From: an uncultured Pseudomonadales bacterium
GTDB taxonomy: Bacteria > Patescibacteriota > Microgenomatia > UBA1400 > MFAQ01
Assembly: GCA_964513845.1 (NCBI GenBank)
Contig: CAZENT010000004.1
Location: 13,392 to 77,391 of the forward strand
DNA length: 64,000 nt
Direction: 5' to 3'
Positions 27,608-37,700 of the stretch are shown here, in pieces. How positions within the stretch are numbered: the stretch's first letter is position 1; the number at the start of each line of letters is the position of its first letter. Below the pieces are notes generated by a model. It made no database searches, was not told where the DNA came from, and saw only the letters and a program-made list of their open reading frames with translations. A program made the position numbers and the translations under genes.

Positions 27608-28324
27608 GTGAGTATGACGAGACAAATAGAAAAATTGTCCGTGTTTTTGCCGGCATACAACGAAGAGGCAAACTTACAACGGACAGTCAAAAACGTAATC
27701 GAAAATCTCCAAAAAAACGTTTCCGAATGGGAAATAGTTATCGTTGATGATGGTTCAAAAGACAAAACCGGTGCCATTGCCGATTTGCTTGCCAAAGAAA
27801 ACAAAAAAATCTCCGTCATTCATCATTCTCCCAACAGAGGTTATGGTGCCGCCTTCAAAAGCGGCCTTTATGGCTGTAAATATCCTTGGATTTCTTTTAT
27901 CGACTCCGACGGCCAGTTCAATTTCAAAGAAATTGGTAGGTTCATCGACACCCAAGAAAAAACCCAAGCCGACATGGTCATTGGTTACTATCTCAAACGA
28001 AAAGTCCCTTTTACTCGCATTCTAAACTCCAAAACCTGGCAGTTCATCGTTTATCTTCTTTTTGGTCTTAACGTTCGCGATATTGACTGTGGTTTCAAAC
28101 TAATCTCCAAAAAAGTAGTTGACACTATTCCCAAGCTCGAAAGCGAAAGGGGAGCCTTTATTAGCTCCGAATTCCTGATCAAAGCCAAAAAAGCCGGTTT
28201 CAAGATTGTCGAGATTGGCGTTCAGCACTATCCTCGCAAATTTGGAGAAGCCACCGGTGCCAAGCTAAACGTTATTGTCCAAAGCTTTATTGACCTGTTT
28301 ACACTTTGGCGAAAAATAAAATAA
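27608..28324 (+). CDS. GT2 glycosyltransferase (polyprenol-phosphate sugar transferase-like)
   Basis: SVFLPAYNEE...IVIVDDGSKDKT...DSDGQF DxD-type GT2 motifs. 238 aa, no TM domain. Confidence 0.8.
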   Translation: MSMTRQIEKLSVFLPAYNEEANLQRTVKNVIENLQKNVSEWEIVIVDDGSKDKTGAIADLLAKENKKISVIHHSPNRGYGAAFKSGLYGCKYPWISFIDSDGQFNFKEIGRFIDTQEKTQADMVIGYYLKRKVPFTRILNSKTWQFIVYLLFGLNVRDIDCGFKLISKKVVDTIPKLESERGAFISSEFLIKAKKAGFKIVEIGVQHYPRKFGEATGAKLNVIVQSFIDLFTLWRKIK

Positions 28325-28328
28325 TGTA

Positions 28329-28364
28329 TTCGTCATCCTTGCGAAAGCGGGGATCTATATAAAA
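28329..28364 (+). repeat. Conserved intergenic hairpin + TATATAAA motif, copy 3 (loop GAAA)
   Basis: TTCGTCATCCTTGCGaaaGCGGGGATCTATATAAAA. ATG of next gene follows immediately at 28365. Confidence 0.6.
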
Positions 28365-29840
28365 ATGTTAAATTTCATCAAAAAAAATAAGCGCGAGTTT
28401 GTTTTTTTACTGGCAATTTTATTGTTGGCTCTCTTTCTTCGGCTGTTCAGAATTGAAGGTTTTATGACCTTCTTGGGTGATGAGGGTCGTGATGTTCGTA
28501 TTGTTCGCGATCTTATTACCGAAGGCAATCTAGTATTTATCGGACCCCAAACCAGTGTAGGCAACATGTATCTCGGCCCCCTCTATTACTACATGATGGC
28601 CCCTCCTCTCTTTCTTTCCGGTCTAAATCCAGTCGGTCCGGCAATCATGATCGCCTTACTAAGTGTACTTACCGTCTGGCTCACCTGGTATGTTGCAAGA
28701 AAATGGTTTGGCAGAGAAGCCGCAATTATTGCCGCTCTTTTATATGCCGTGTCACCCGTTGCCATCATCTATGGCCGAACTTCCTGGAACCCAAACCCTA
28801 TGCCTCTGTTTTCTCTTCTCTGTATCTGGGGAATTTACGAGGTTTGGCAGAACAAAAAATATTATTGGTTGCCATTAATTGGTATTTTTTACGCTTTCGC
28901 CATTCAGATGCACTATCTTGCCCTTCTTCTTTTACCAACTCTTGGCTTGTTTTGGTTTCTCACTTTCCAAAAATTACGAAAAGAAAAATTACCTATCAAT
29001 AGCTTCTATAAAAATTCTTTATTCGCTCTAATTGGATTTCTCTTACTCATGTCTCCTTTGGTTCTTTTTGATATCAAACATCAAGGATTAAATTTCAAAG
29101 CCTTTAGCTCTCTCGTCTCCGCCAAGTCTGGAGTTTTCAATCTTAGTCATCTTCTTTTCAAACCATTTTCCGTTTTATCACTTGTTTTCTCATCTCTTTT
29201 GTTTGGTGACGAAAAACCAAAAGTTTTTCTTTCAATCTTTCTTTGTCTGATTCCCGCTATTTTTCTTGTCAGCAATAGAACACAAAAACACATCAAGCTC
29301 ATCGCCTCTTGGGTACTTTTTACTCTTCTTGGATTAAGTCTATACAATCAGTCAATTTACATCCACTATTTGGGAATAATTTACCCTGCCGTTTTTATGC
29401 TCTCAGGAGCGATCATTTCTCAAATATTAAAAAAAGGATCGTTTCTTAAATATCTATCTCTCGTCTTACTAACAGTAATCGTTGTGAACGATCTAAGACT
29501 TAGTCCCACTTTTGGCAATCCCAATCGTCAGCTCCAGCGTACCGAACAGGTTGCTGATCTCATAATCAAAGAGTCAAAAGGGGAGCCGTTTAACTTAGGG
29601 CTTATCTCCAAACAAAACTACGACGAGTCATATCGCTACTTCCTGGAAAACAAAAAAGCCTCTCTCGAAAAAGATCAAAATAAAATTACGGACCAACTCT
29701 TCGTTATCTGCGAAGATGGAGATGAGTGCAAACCTCAAGGGCACTCTCAGTATCAAATAGCCGTTTTTGGCATTGCCCATATCGATAAAGTGTGGCAAGT
29801 AGGTTACATCAAAATTTATCGACTAATACACACAAAATGA
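28365..29840 (+). CDS. GT-C membrane glycosyltransferase, ArnT/PMT_2-like (subfamily A1)
   Basis: First-loop acidic motif FLGDEGRD, GP.TS.GN..LGPLYYY, GRTSWNPNPMPL block shared with 47912, 54651(-) and 63214 paralogues. 11+ TM. Confidence 0.7.
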   Translation: MLNFIKKNKREFVFLLAILLLALFLRLFRIEGFMTFLGDEGRDVRIVRDLITEGNLVFIGPQTSVGNMYLGPLYYYMMAPPLFLSGLNPVGPAIMIALLSVLTVWLTWYVARKWFGREAAIIAALLYAVSPVAIIYGRTSWNPNPMPLFSLLCIWGIYEVWQNKKYYWLPLIGIFYAFAIQMHYLALLLLPTLGLFWFLTFQKLRKEKLPINSFYKNSLFALIGFLLLMSPLVLFDIKHQGLNFKAFSSLVSAKSGVFNLSHLLFKPFSVLSLVFSSLLFGDEKPKVFLSIFLCLIPAIFLVSNRTQKHIKLIASWVLFTLLGLSLYNQSIYIHYLGIIYPAVFMLSGAIISQILKKGSFLKYLSLVLLTVIVVNDLRLSPTFGNPNRQLQRTEQVADLIIKESKGEPFNLGLISKQNYDESYRYFLENKKASLEKDQNKITDQLFVICEDGDECKPQGHSQYQIAVFGIAHIDKVWQVGYIKIYRLIHTK

Positions 29841-30376
29841 GCTTCACTAACGGAAAATTAATTTGGATTGATCTCGAAATGACTGGCTTAGATCCCGATA
29901 AAGACAAGATAGTTGAGATAGCAACTATCATTACCGACGCCAATCTCAATGTCCTCGCCGAAGGCCCTGATCTGGTTGTTAATCAACCGTCGGAAGTAAT
30001 CAGCAACATGATTCCTTGGAATCAAGAACATTTTGCCGAGTCAGGATTGCTCAATGAGATTCACGACTCAAAAATTTCTCTTGCCGAAGCCGAAGAACAA
30101 ACGCTAGCATTTTTAAGACAACACAGCCCATCAAACACCGCCATTTTTGCCGGCAACTCTGTCTACATTGATCGTGAGTTCATTCGCATCCACATGCCCA
30201 AGTTGGCCGCCTTTGTCCATTATCGAATCATTGATGTCAACACTGTTAGGGAGCTAGCACTTCGCTGGTATCCCAGCTTACCGCCTTTCCACAAAGAAGA
30301 AGCCCATCGATCTCATGATGACATTCTCGAGTCCATAGATGAGTTAAAATATTACAAGGAAAAGGTCTTCAAATAA
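29837..30376 (+). CDS. orn: Oligoribonuclease (DEDDh 3'-5' exonuclease)
   Basis: LIWIDLEMTGLDP (Exo I), FAGNSVYIDREF (Exo II), HRSHDDILESI (Exo III, catalytic H). ATGA overlap with upstream gene. Confidence 0.85.
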   Translation: MSFTNGKLIWIDLEMTGLDPDKDKIVEIATIITDANLNVLAEGPDLVVNQPSEVISNMIPWNQEHFAESGLLNEIHDSKISLAEAEEQTLAFLRQHSPSNTAIFAGNSVYIDREFIRIHMPKLAAFVHYRIIDVNTVRELALRWYPSLPPFHKEEAHRSHDDILESIDELKYYKEKVFK

Positions 30377-30379
30377 TTT

Positions 30380-31141
30380 ATGTCAGAAATAAAACTATCG
30401 ATTGTCATCCCCAACTTTAACGAAAAAGAAAATCTGGATCGAGGAGTTCTGGAAGAGGTTTACGACTATTTAAAAAAAGTTAAATACGATTATGAAGTCA
30501 TCATTAGCGATGATGGTTCCACTGATGGTAGTCGTGAAATTGCCGAAAAATTTGCTCGTGCCCATCAGGGTTTTAGAGTTTTACCCAATCCTCATGGTGG
30601 TAAAGCCAAGGCTGTTTTTGCCGGGATAAAAGCGGCCAAGGGTGGAATTGTTCTTTTTACCGACATGGATCAGTCAACTCCACTTGTTGAAGTAGAGAAA
30701 CTTCTTCCCTGGTTTGACAAAGGTTATAACGTTGTTTTTGGTTCCCGCGGTAAGGCTAGAGCCAACTTCCCCTGGTACCGCCAGCTAACCTCTTGGGGTT
30801 TTCGTGTAGTTCGTGGCCTTTTTCTTCTTCGCGATGTTATTGATACTCAGTGCGGTTTCAAAGCTTTCAAGCTCGACATTGCCAAAAAGATTTTTCCCTT
30901 ACTCTCAGTTTTGAGAGATCAAAAACAATCCACCGGTTGGTCAGTCTCTGCTTTCGATGTTGAGCTTCTATTCTTGGCTGAAAAATATGGCAGCAAACTC
31001 AAAGAAGTCGATGTAGCTTGGAAAGACGAAGATGTTGCCACCAACAAAGACAAAAGATTTATTAAAGAGTCCTCCGATATGTTGAAGCAGATTCTTAAAG
31101 TCAAGAAAAACGACTTGCAAGGAAAATATGATCAAAAATAA
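30380..31141 (+). CDS. GT2 glycosyltransferase (DPM1-like)
   Basis: LSIVIPNFNE...VIISDDGSTDGS...TDMDQS GT2 motifs. Confidence 0.8.
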   Translation: MSEIKLSIVIPNFNEKENLDRGVLEEVYDYLKKVKYDYEVIISDDGSTDGSREIAEKFARAHQGFRVLPNPHGGKAKAVFAGIKAAKGGIVLFTDMDQSTPLVEVEKLLPWFDKGYNVVFGSRGKARANFPWYRQLTSWGFRVVRGLFLLRDVIDTQCGFKAFKLDIAKKIFPLLSVLRDQKQSTGWSVSAFDVELLFLAEKYGSKLKEVDVAWKDEDVATNKDKRFIKESSDMLKQILKVKKNDLQGKYDQK

Positions 31142-32627
31142 AAAGCTTTGGATAATTATTGTTTCTATTTTGGCGGTCGCCGCCTTCTTTTTCTTTCGTT
31201 TTTCGAAGCTAAATAACATTCCAGTATTTGTTGATGAAGCTATTTATGTCCGCTGGTCTCAAGTCATGAAAGCAGAATCAAGTCTTAGATTTTTACCGCA
31301 AACAGATGGCAAACAGCCTCTTTTTATGTGGACAACCATTCCATTCTTCAAAATTAGCCCCGATCCTTTAGTCGCCGGTCGGCTTGTCTCGGTCGCTTCC
31401 GGGTTCGGTTCGTTTCTTGGTATTGGCTTTTTAGTTTGGCTAATTTTTGGCGATCTCCTTGTTGTTTCTTTATCTATGCTTGTCTACGCTATTCTTCCAT
31501 TTTCGGTATTTTTCGACCGTATGGCCCTCGCCGACTCCATGCTTGCAATGTTTGGCATTTGGTCCCTGGCTTTTTCCATTCTATTTGCCAAAACTCGCAA
31601 GCTCGATCATGCCATGCTTCTTGGTTTTGCAATCGGAGGAGGACTGCTCACCAAATCCCCGGCAATCATTTTCTATGTTTGGCTTGCCCTGTCTCTTCTA
31701 TTTTTTAGTAAGCCCAAAGAATCAAAAATTCACTCGTTTGGAAATCTTATAATTTGTCTTTTTGCCGTTGTCGTTATTTCCCAGATGATGTATGGCATTC
31801 TTCGTCTTGGCCCTGCCTTCAATATGATTGGTGCTCGAAACCAAGACTACCTTTTTACCTGGAAAGAAGTTTTATCTCACCCGTTTAATCCGCTGATTGG
31901 AAATCTCAAAACCACTCTCAACTGGCTCTGGTTGTTGTTTTCACCTACCTTACTTCTTTCACTCGTCTTTGGCTTTATTCCCAAAAAATCTCGAATGTTT
32001 TCCTTATTTTTGATTCTTATTTCACTCATTCCTTTGGTTGCTCAAGCTTCCATAGCCAAGGTATATACCAGTCGTTACATTCTTTTTGCAGTTCTCCCTC
32101 TCATTCCGGTTATCGGGTTCGGCCTAAACTGGTTAGTTACGCGCAAGGGTATACTCATAAAACTATCGTCGATAATTCTCCTAATCATTCCTCTCATTTT
32201 TTCTCTTCTTTGTGTATTTTCTCCTGCCAAAGCGCCACTTTCTTTTGATATGCACAACGGTTATCTCGAAGAATGGACTGCTGGCTGGGGTCAAAAAGAA
32301 ATCGCCAATTATCTCATCGACCAAGAGTCAAAAGGGGAGAGAGTCGTAGCATTTACTGAAGGATATTTTGGCACTTTGCCCGATGGTCTTCAAATCTATA
32401 TCGAAGGACATAAAAATATCACCATCGTCGGTTCCAGTCCCAAAGTAAATAATCTTCCCGATGGATTAGTAAACACTTCACCTGAGAATAAAAGATATTT
32501 AATCATAAACAAATCAAGAAATTTTCTTCAGCCTTCTAGTTTAGAAAAGTTAACGCTAATTAAGGAGTACCCCAAACCGGCAAGACTCGACGGTACCCAA
32601 GAGGTACTACAGTTTTATGAGTTTTAA
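31128..32627 (+). CDS. GT-C membrane glycosyltransferase, ArnT/PMT-like (subfamily A2)
   Basis: N-terminal TM then VFVDEAIY acidic loop motif. 12+ TM segments followed by C-terminal soluble domain. Confidence 0.65.
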   Translation: MIKNKKLWIIIVSILAVAAFFFFRFSKLNNIPVFVDEAIYVRWSQVMKAESSLRFLPQTDGKQPLFMWTTIPFFKISPDPLVAGRLVSVASGFGSFLGIGFLVWLIFGDLLVVSLSMLVYAILPFSVFFDRMALADSMLAMFGIWSLAFSILFAKTRKLDHAMLLGFAIGGGLLTKSPAIIFYVWLALSLLFFSKPKESKIHSFGNLIICLFAVVVISQMMYGILRLGPAFNMIGARNQDYLFTWKEVLSHPFNPLIGNLKTTLNWLWLLFSPTLLLSLVFGFIPKKSRMFSLFLILISLIPLVAQASIAKVYTSRYILFAVLPLIPVIGFGLNWLVTRKGILIKLSSIILLIIPLIFSLLCVFSPAKAPLSFDMHNGYLEEWTAGWGQKEIANYLIDQESKGERVVAFTEGYFGTLPDGLQIYIEGHKNITIVGSSPKVNNLPDGLVNTSPENKRYLIINKSRNFLQPSSLEKLTLIKEYPKPARLDGTQEVLQFYEF

Positions 32628-34344
32628 GCTATCAAGTTTTACATCATCGGTAATCAATCGTTTTGTCATGGTCAAAGGAACTCTGGTGTGGTTGGCTGTC
32701 GTGATTCTTCTTTCACTTCCTACAGTTACATCCCTCTTTAAGCCAGGACTTTTTGCCATGCATGATGATATGCAAGCTATGCGTGTTAGTGAAATGGTCA
32801 AATGTTTCAACGATGGTCAAATTCCCTGTCGCTGGGTTCCCAATATGGGTTATGGTTATGGTTATCCTCAGTTTAATTACTACGGACCCTTGCCATACTA
32901 CGTCATGAGTCTCACCAACCTAATGGGTTTAAACGTTTTTGACTCAGTCAAGTTGGGCTTCATTTTATCTCTCATGCTCGGAAACATTGCCATGTTCTTA
33001 CTGGGAAGCAAACTGTGGGGAAAATGGGGCGGACTATTATCGGCGCTTATTTATGCTTATGCTCCTTATCGGGCTTCAGATCTTTACTCTCGTGGTGCCA
33101 TGGGGGAATCGTGGGCTTTCGTTTTTATCCCGCTAATTATTCTTAGCGCTTATAATTTTGCCAAAGCATATTCTCTAAAAAATTCTGCCACACTCGCCTT
33201 ATTTTTCGGACTTCTGATCTGTACTCACAATATTAGTACGCTAATTTTTACTCCCGCTCTCGTAATTTTATTTTTAGTTTTTCTGTACCAAAATGACAAA
33301 TTAAAAATAAATAAGGACTCATTAATTCAAATATTTAGATTTGGTTTATCCCTTTTGTGGGGAGGATTAATTGCTGGATTCTTTTTTCTGCCTGTGCTTT
33401 TGGAAAAACAATTTGCCCACACCGAAACCATGATAGGGGGCTATTTTGACTATCGTGCCCATTTTGTCACCATTTATCAGTTGTTCACTTCAACTTTCTG
33501 GGGAGTGGGTTCATCTGTTCTTGGTCCTCATGACGATCTTTCTTTTTTCTTTGGTCCGATTATGATTCTTATCACTCTTGCTGCCTTAATCATTACTATC
33601 GTCAGATTTATAAAGAAGCCACAAAAAAACTCAATACTTGTAATTACCCTGTTTGTTCTTGGTCTATTTGCCGCTTTTATGACCCATGAAAAATCCTCAT
33701 TTATTTGGACAATTGTCAAACCCTTAATATATCTTCAATTTCCATGGCGCTTTTTAGTTCTGGGAAATATACTTTTCTCTTTAGTAGCCGGTTCTGTGTT
33801 ACTGGGTCAAAAAACTCATCGTTCTGCGATATTAATCACAGTTGTTTTATCTTTCCTCGTTCTTTTCAATCTTTCTTTTTTTGCTCCATCAAAATGGTTT
33901 GACATTACACCGAAGGAAAAATTTTCCGGTCCAAGTTGGGACAAACAGCTAACCATCAGTATTTACGATTATTTGCCCATATTTGCCTCACATCCACCCA
34001 CTGCACCTGCTCCATATCTTCCCGAGGTATCCCGTGGTCAGGCTGATTTTCTAAATGTAAAAAAGGGCACCGACTGGATTCAATTCAACATCGAAGCCAG
34101 CGAAAATGCGACAGTAAAGCTTCCTCTTCTCTATTTTCCAGGGTGGATAGTCAAAGTTGATAATAAAAAAGTTATCATTGATTATCAAAATGAGCTAGGA
34201 TTAATTACCTTTGATGTTTCTGCTGGTAATCACTTAGTCTATGCTAAGCTCACAAACTCTCCGGTTAGATTTATCGGAAATATTTTAACTTTAATTTTTC
34301 TTCCAATGTCACTTTACTTCATCATCAAATCCAAACATGAATAA
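32617..34344 (+). CDS. Polytopic membrane protein, paralogue 1 of tandem trio (HDD...DGQIPCRW family, putative GT-C glycosyltransferase)
   Basis: Shared N-terminal block MHDDMQAMRVSEMVKCFNDGQIPCRWVPNMGYGYGYPQFNYYGPLPYY with the two downstream paralogues. ~12 TM plus C-terminal beta-rich domain. Confidence 0.6.
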   Translation: MSFKLSSFTSSVINRFVMVKGTLVWLAVVILLSLPTVTSLFKPGLFAMHDDMQAMRVSEMVKCFNDGQIPCRWVPNMGYGYGYPQFNYYGPLPYYVMSLTNLMGLNVFDSVKLGFILSLMLGNIAMFLLGSKLWGKWGGLLSALIYAYAPYRASDLYSRGAMGESWAFVFIPLIILSAYNFAKAYSLKNSATLALFFGLLICTHNISTLIFTPALVILFLVFLYQNDKLKINKDSLIQIFRFGLSLLWGGLIAGFFFLPVLLEKQFAHTETMIGGYFDYRAHFVTIYQLFTSTFWGVGSSVLGPHDDLSFFFGPIMILITLAALIITIVRFIKKPQKNSILVITLFVLGLFAAFMTHEKSSFIWTIVKPLIYLQFPWRFLVLGNILFSLVAGSVLLGQKTHRSAILITVVLSFLVLFNLSFFAPSKWFDITPKEKFSGPSWDKQLTISIYDYLPIFASHPPTAPAPYLPEVSRGQADFLNVKKGTDWIQFNIEASENATVKLPLLYFPGWIVKVDNKKVIIDYQNELGLITFDVSAGNHLVYAKLTNSPVRFIGNILTLIFLPMSLYFIIKSKHE

Positions 34345-36022
34345 AAGGATTCTCGCGATAGTTGGTCTGTTCATTACTTCATTAATTGTGTCGTGGAATC
34401 TTCTAAAACCTGGATTTTATTCCATGCACGACGATCTACATGTCATGCGTCTTTACGAGATGAAACAGTGTATCGGCGATGGTCAAATCCCTTGTCGTTG
34501 GTCAAGTGACTTGGGAGCAGGCTTTGGTCAGCCCATGTTCAACTATTACTCGGCAACCCCATATTATCTTGGCGCCATTTTTAATACTCTTGGTTTTTCT
34601 TACATCGACTCAGTTAAATTACTGATATTCATCTCGATATTTTTAGCCGGGATTGCCATGTTCTTATTTCTCTCCGAGTTTCTCCCGGCTCTTCCTGCCT
34701 TTGTTGGAGCTACGGCATACATCCTGGTTCCCTTTAGAGCTTTAGAAGTATTTGTCAGGGGAGCTTTGGCCGAAAACTTTGCCCTCGCGCTTTTACCATT
34801 AGTTCTTTATGGTATTATCAGGCTCATAAAAAGGCAAGATAAAACCAGTTTCATTTTACTGTCACTTTTTTCCGGATTATTCTTGGCTTCCCACAACATC
34901 ACCTCACTAGTTTCTTCTTTACTCATAGTATCTTTTTCTATTGTCGTCATATTTCAAAATAAAAATAAATTAAAGAGTTCGCTTCTGCTTTTATTGTCTG
35001 CCTTATTAGGTGTTGGAACTGTCGCGTTTTTTCTATTTCCGGTCATCTTCGAAAGAAATCTAATTGATACCAGTTTTCTTACTTCAGGCTATTTCAATTT
35101 TCGCGCTCATTTCGTCACACTCAATCAGCTTTTTATCAATCAAAGTTGGGGATACGGTGCCAGTGAGTTTGGTCCAAACGACAAACTTTCCTTTGCTGTT
35201 GGAATTATCCAATCGCTCGCCTTTATCGCTACACCCTTAATTATATTTTTCAAAAGAAAAACTCTCCAAAGTAATCACAAGATCTTACTTGGCTTGTTTT
35301 GGCTTATGGGAATAATTTATTTATTCTTAACCACCAGCAGATCGGTAGGAATTTGGGAGATAGTTTCCCAATTATCTTTTGTTCAGTTCCCTTGGAGGCT
35401 TTTGGGAGTAGTGGCCATTTCTTCATCAGTAATTATCGGAATAATTGTTGGATCTCTCGGGAACAAGACTCAAAAATCAATTTCAGCAGCTGTCTTTATC
35501 GTTTTATTGCTACTCAACTTTCGATATTTTAAATTCGAAAAAACATTTGATTCGGCTACAGATAGCACCTTTTTGTCAGGTCAAGGTTTCACCAATCAAC
35601 AGCTTTCCGCCATTCTTGATTACAGACCAATATCGATGAAAAGTATTCCGGAAAATATCGCTCCTCTAGAACCCCAAGTTATTTCTGGTCAAGTTGAGGT
35701 CAGTAACTTTCAAAAAAGGTCCAATTATTTCTCCGCCGATGTGTATGTTTTAAGTGGTGAAGGAGAAGTAGTATTTCCAATTTCCGATTTTCCAAACTGG
35801 ACCGTATATCTGAATAACGGTCTTTCAGCCACACAGTATAGAACAAGTGATTATTTTGGAGAGATTACGGTAACTTTTAAAAAGGGTCACAACTTAATTC
35901 AAGGCTATTTTGAGAATACTCCAATCAGATCAATTTCCAACATTGTTTCCTTCATTTCTCTATTATTAGTTTTGCTTATCGTTTTAGTTCCAAATGATAG
36001 AAAAAATACTCAAAAAGCTTAA
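34337..36022 (+). CDS. Polytopic membrane protein, paralogue 2 of tandem trio
   Basis: MHDDLHVMRLYEMKQCIGDGQIPCRWSSDLGAGFGQPMFNYYSATPYY. 8-nt overlap with paralogue 1. Confidence 0.6.
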   Translation: MNKRILAIVGLFITSLIVSWNLLKPGFYSMHDDLHVMRLYEMKQCIGDGQIPCRWSSDLGAGFGQPMFNYYSATPYYLGAIFNTLGFSYIDSVKLLIFISIFLAGIAMFLFLSEFLPALPAFVGATAYILVPFRALEVFVRGALAENFALALLPLVLYGIIRLIKRQDKTSFILLSLFSGLFLASHNITSLVSSLLIVSFSIVVIFQNKNKLKSSLLLLLSALLGVGTVAFFLFPVIFERNLIDTSFLTSGYFNFRAHFVTLNQLFINQSWGYGASEFGPNDKLSFAVGIIQSLAFIATPLIIFFKRKTLQSNHKILLGLFWLMGIIYLFLTTSRSVGIWEIVSQLSFVQFPWRLLGVVAISSSVIIGIIVGSLGNKTQKSISAAVFIVLLLLNFRYFKFEKTFDSATDSTFLSGQGFTNQQLSAILDYRPISMKSIPENIAPLEPQVISGQVEVSNFQKRSNYFSADVYVLSGEGEVVFPISDFPNWTVYLNNGLSATQYRTSDYFGEITVTFKKGHNLIQGYFENTPIRSISNIVSFISLLLVLLIVLVPNDRKNTQKA

Positions 36023-37700
36023 CTATCTTTTACCCCTTTTCCTAATTTTGGCAGTAATTCCGGCTGTATTTAATCTTCTGGCGCCGAAAAGTTTCTCCTT
36101 TCATGATGAGACCCAAATTGCCAATCTTCATCAGTTCATCCAAACCATTAACCTTGGTCAATTTCCTCCTCGTTGGGCCGTTGATATGCATTTTACGTAT
36201 GGTTCTCCGTATCCGGAATTCAATTATCAACTTCCGTACTATATTGGATTTCTCTTTAACAAAATTGGCTTTTCAATCTTTGATTCTTACAGACTTTGTC
36301 TTGCTCTATCTCTATTTGTTGGAGCGGTTGGGATGTATTATTTTGCCAAAAAAAATACTACCCCTTTTGTCTCTTTTGCCGCCGCCATTCTTTATACATA
36401 CACTCCATACAGGGCAGTAGACGTTTTTGTGAGGGGTACAGTAGGGGAGTCTTTTGCTCTCGCCATTTTTCCCTGGATTTTATATAGTCTGGTTAGGCTC
36501 AAAGAAACTCAAAATCTTAAAAATATTTTATTAGTGGCAATATCTGTTACCTCGCTAATTTTGTCACATCAGCCATCTGCTGCTTTTGGTTTACCCATCA
36601 TCATAGGTGCATTCTTCCTAGCGGAATTATTTAAAAAAAATATAAAATTTATTGTGGGGCTGGGTATAAGTCTTGTTTCCTCATTATTGCTCAGCGCCTA
36701 TTATCTTCTTCCGGTATTTTTTGAAAAAGGATTTATCATAGAAGTGCTTCCCTTTAACTTTTATGATCACTTTCCTTTTATCAAACAATTAATCTTCTCA
36801 CCTTGGGGATACGGTGCTTCAAACTGGGGTCCCTACGATGATATGTCGTTTCAGATTGGCATTGTCAATCTAGTTGTTATTGTTGGAGCTATTCTCTTTT
36901 TGTTTCTGAAAACAAAATCCACAAAGAAACCAGAAAAAACTTATCTACTTGCTTTCCTTGTTGCTTTTTTTCTGGTGATTTTTTTGATGAACATCCGATC
37001 ATCTTTTATCTGGAACATCAATCCCTTCACTAATGCTATTCAATTTCCCTGGAGATTGCTTTCCCTAACCACAATCCTCACCGCCACCCTATTTGTTTAT
37101 GCATCCAAATTTATTCCAGGTAAATATCTAAAACTCGTCTCTTTGATTGTTGCTCTTTCAGCCTTCTCGCTCACAATTTCATATTTCCGCCCTGGAGAAA
37201 TCACCAACAACACGGACGATTATTTTCTTAGACGTTATTTACCCAATAAAGTACTGTTAGCTGGAGAACGAGTGTCCAAAGAGTACCTAAACTATACTGA
37301 AAATTATCTTCCCTTACCAATCAACGCGGTCAGGCCTGAGGCTGTTCCTGATACAAAATTTACCTCTGTTCTCTCAGATACTAAGATAATTATTTCTGAA
37401 TCAAACCCGTTTGCCATCAAGGCAAATATAATCGCCCCTGGGGATGAAATTATTACCGTCAACACTTTTTTCTATCCAGGCTGGAACATTGCCATCGATA
37501 ATCAATCGACAGATATTACTCTGGATAAAAATGGTGCCATGATGATATTCGTTCCTAAAGGGACACATAGTCTAGATATTAAGTTCCTCGATACCCCTAT
37601 TCGTCGAATATCCAATATAATTTCTTTAGTCTCTTGGCTAATCGTCATTTATCTTTTAACAAAACAAGCTAAACTTTTTAATCGTGGAAAACGTCGCTGA
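35994..37700 (+). CDS. Polytopic membrane protein, paralogue 3 of tandem trio
   Basis: FHDETQIANLHQFIQTINLGQFPPRWAVDMHFTYGSPYPEFNYQLPYY. 29-nt overlap with paralogue 2. Confidence 0.6.
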   Translation: MIEKILKKLNYLLPLFLILAVIPAVFNLLAPKSFSFHDETQIANLHQFIQTINLGQFPPRWAVDMHFTYGSPYPEFNYQLPYYIGFLFNKIGFSIFDSYRLCLALSLFVGAVGMYYFAKKNTTPFVSFAAAILYTYTPYRAVDVFVRGTVGESFALAIFPWILYSLVRLKETQNLKNILLVAISVTSLILSHQPSAAFGLPIIIGAFFLAELFKKNIKFIVGLGISLVSSLLLSAYYLLPVFFEKGFIIEVLPFNFYDHFPFIKQLIFSPWGYGASNWGPYDDMSFQIGIVNLVVIVGAILFLFLKTKSTKKPEKTYLLAFLVAFFLVIFLMNIRSSFIWNINPFTNAIQFPWRLLSLTTILTATLFVYASKFIPGKYLKLVSLIVALSAFSLTISYFRPGEITNNTDDYFLRRYLPNKVLLAGERVSKEYLNYTENYLPLPINAVRPEAVPDTKFTSVLSDTKIIISESNPFAIKANIIAPGDEIITVNTFFYPGWNIAIDNQSTDITLDKNGAMMIFVPKGTHSLDIKFLDTPIRRISNIISLVSWLIVIYLLTKQAKLFNRGKRR

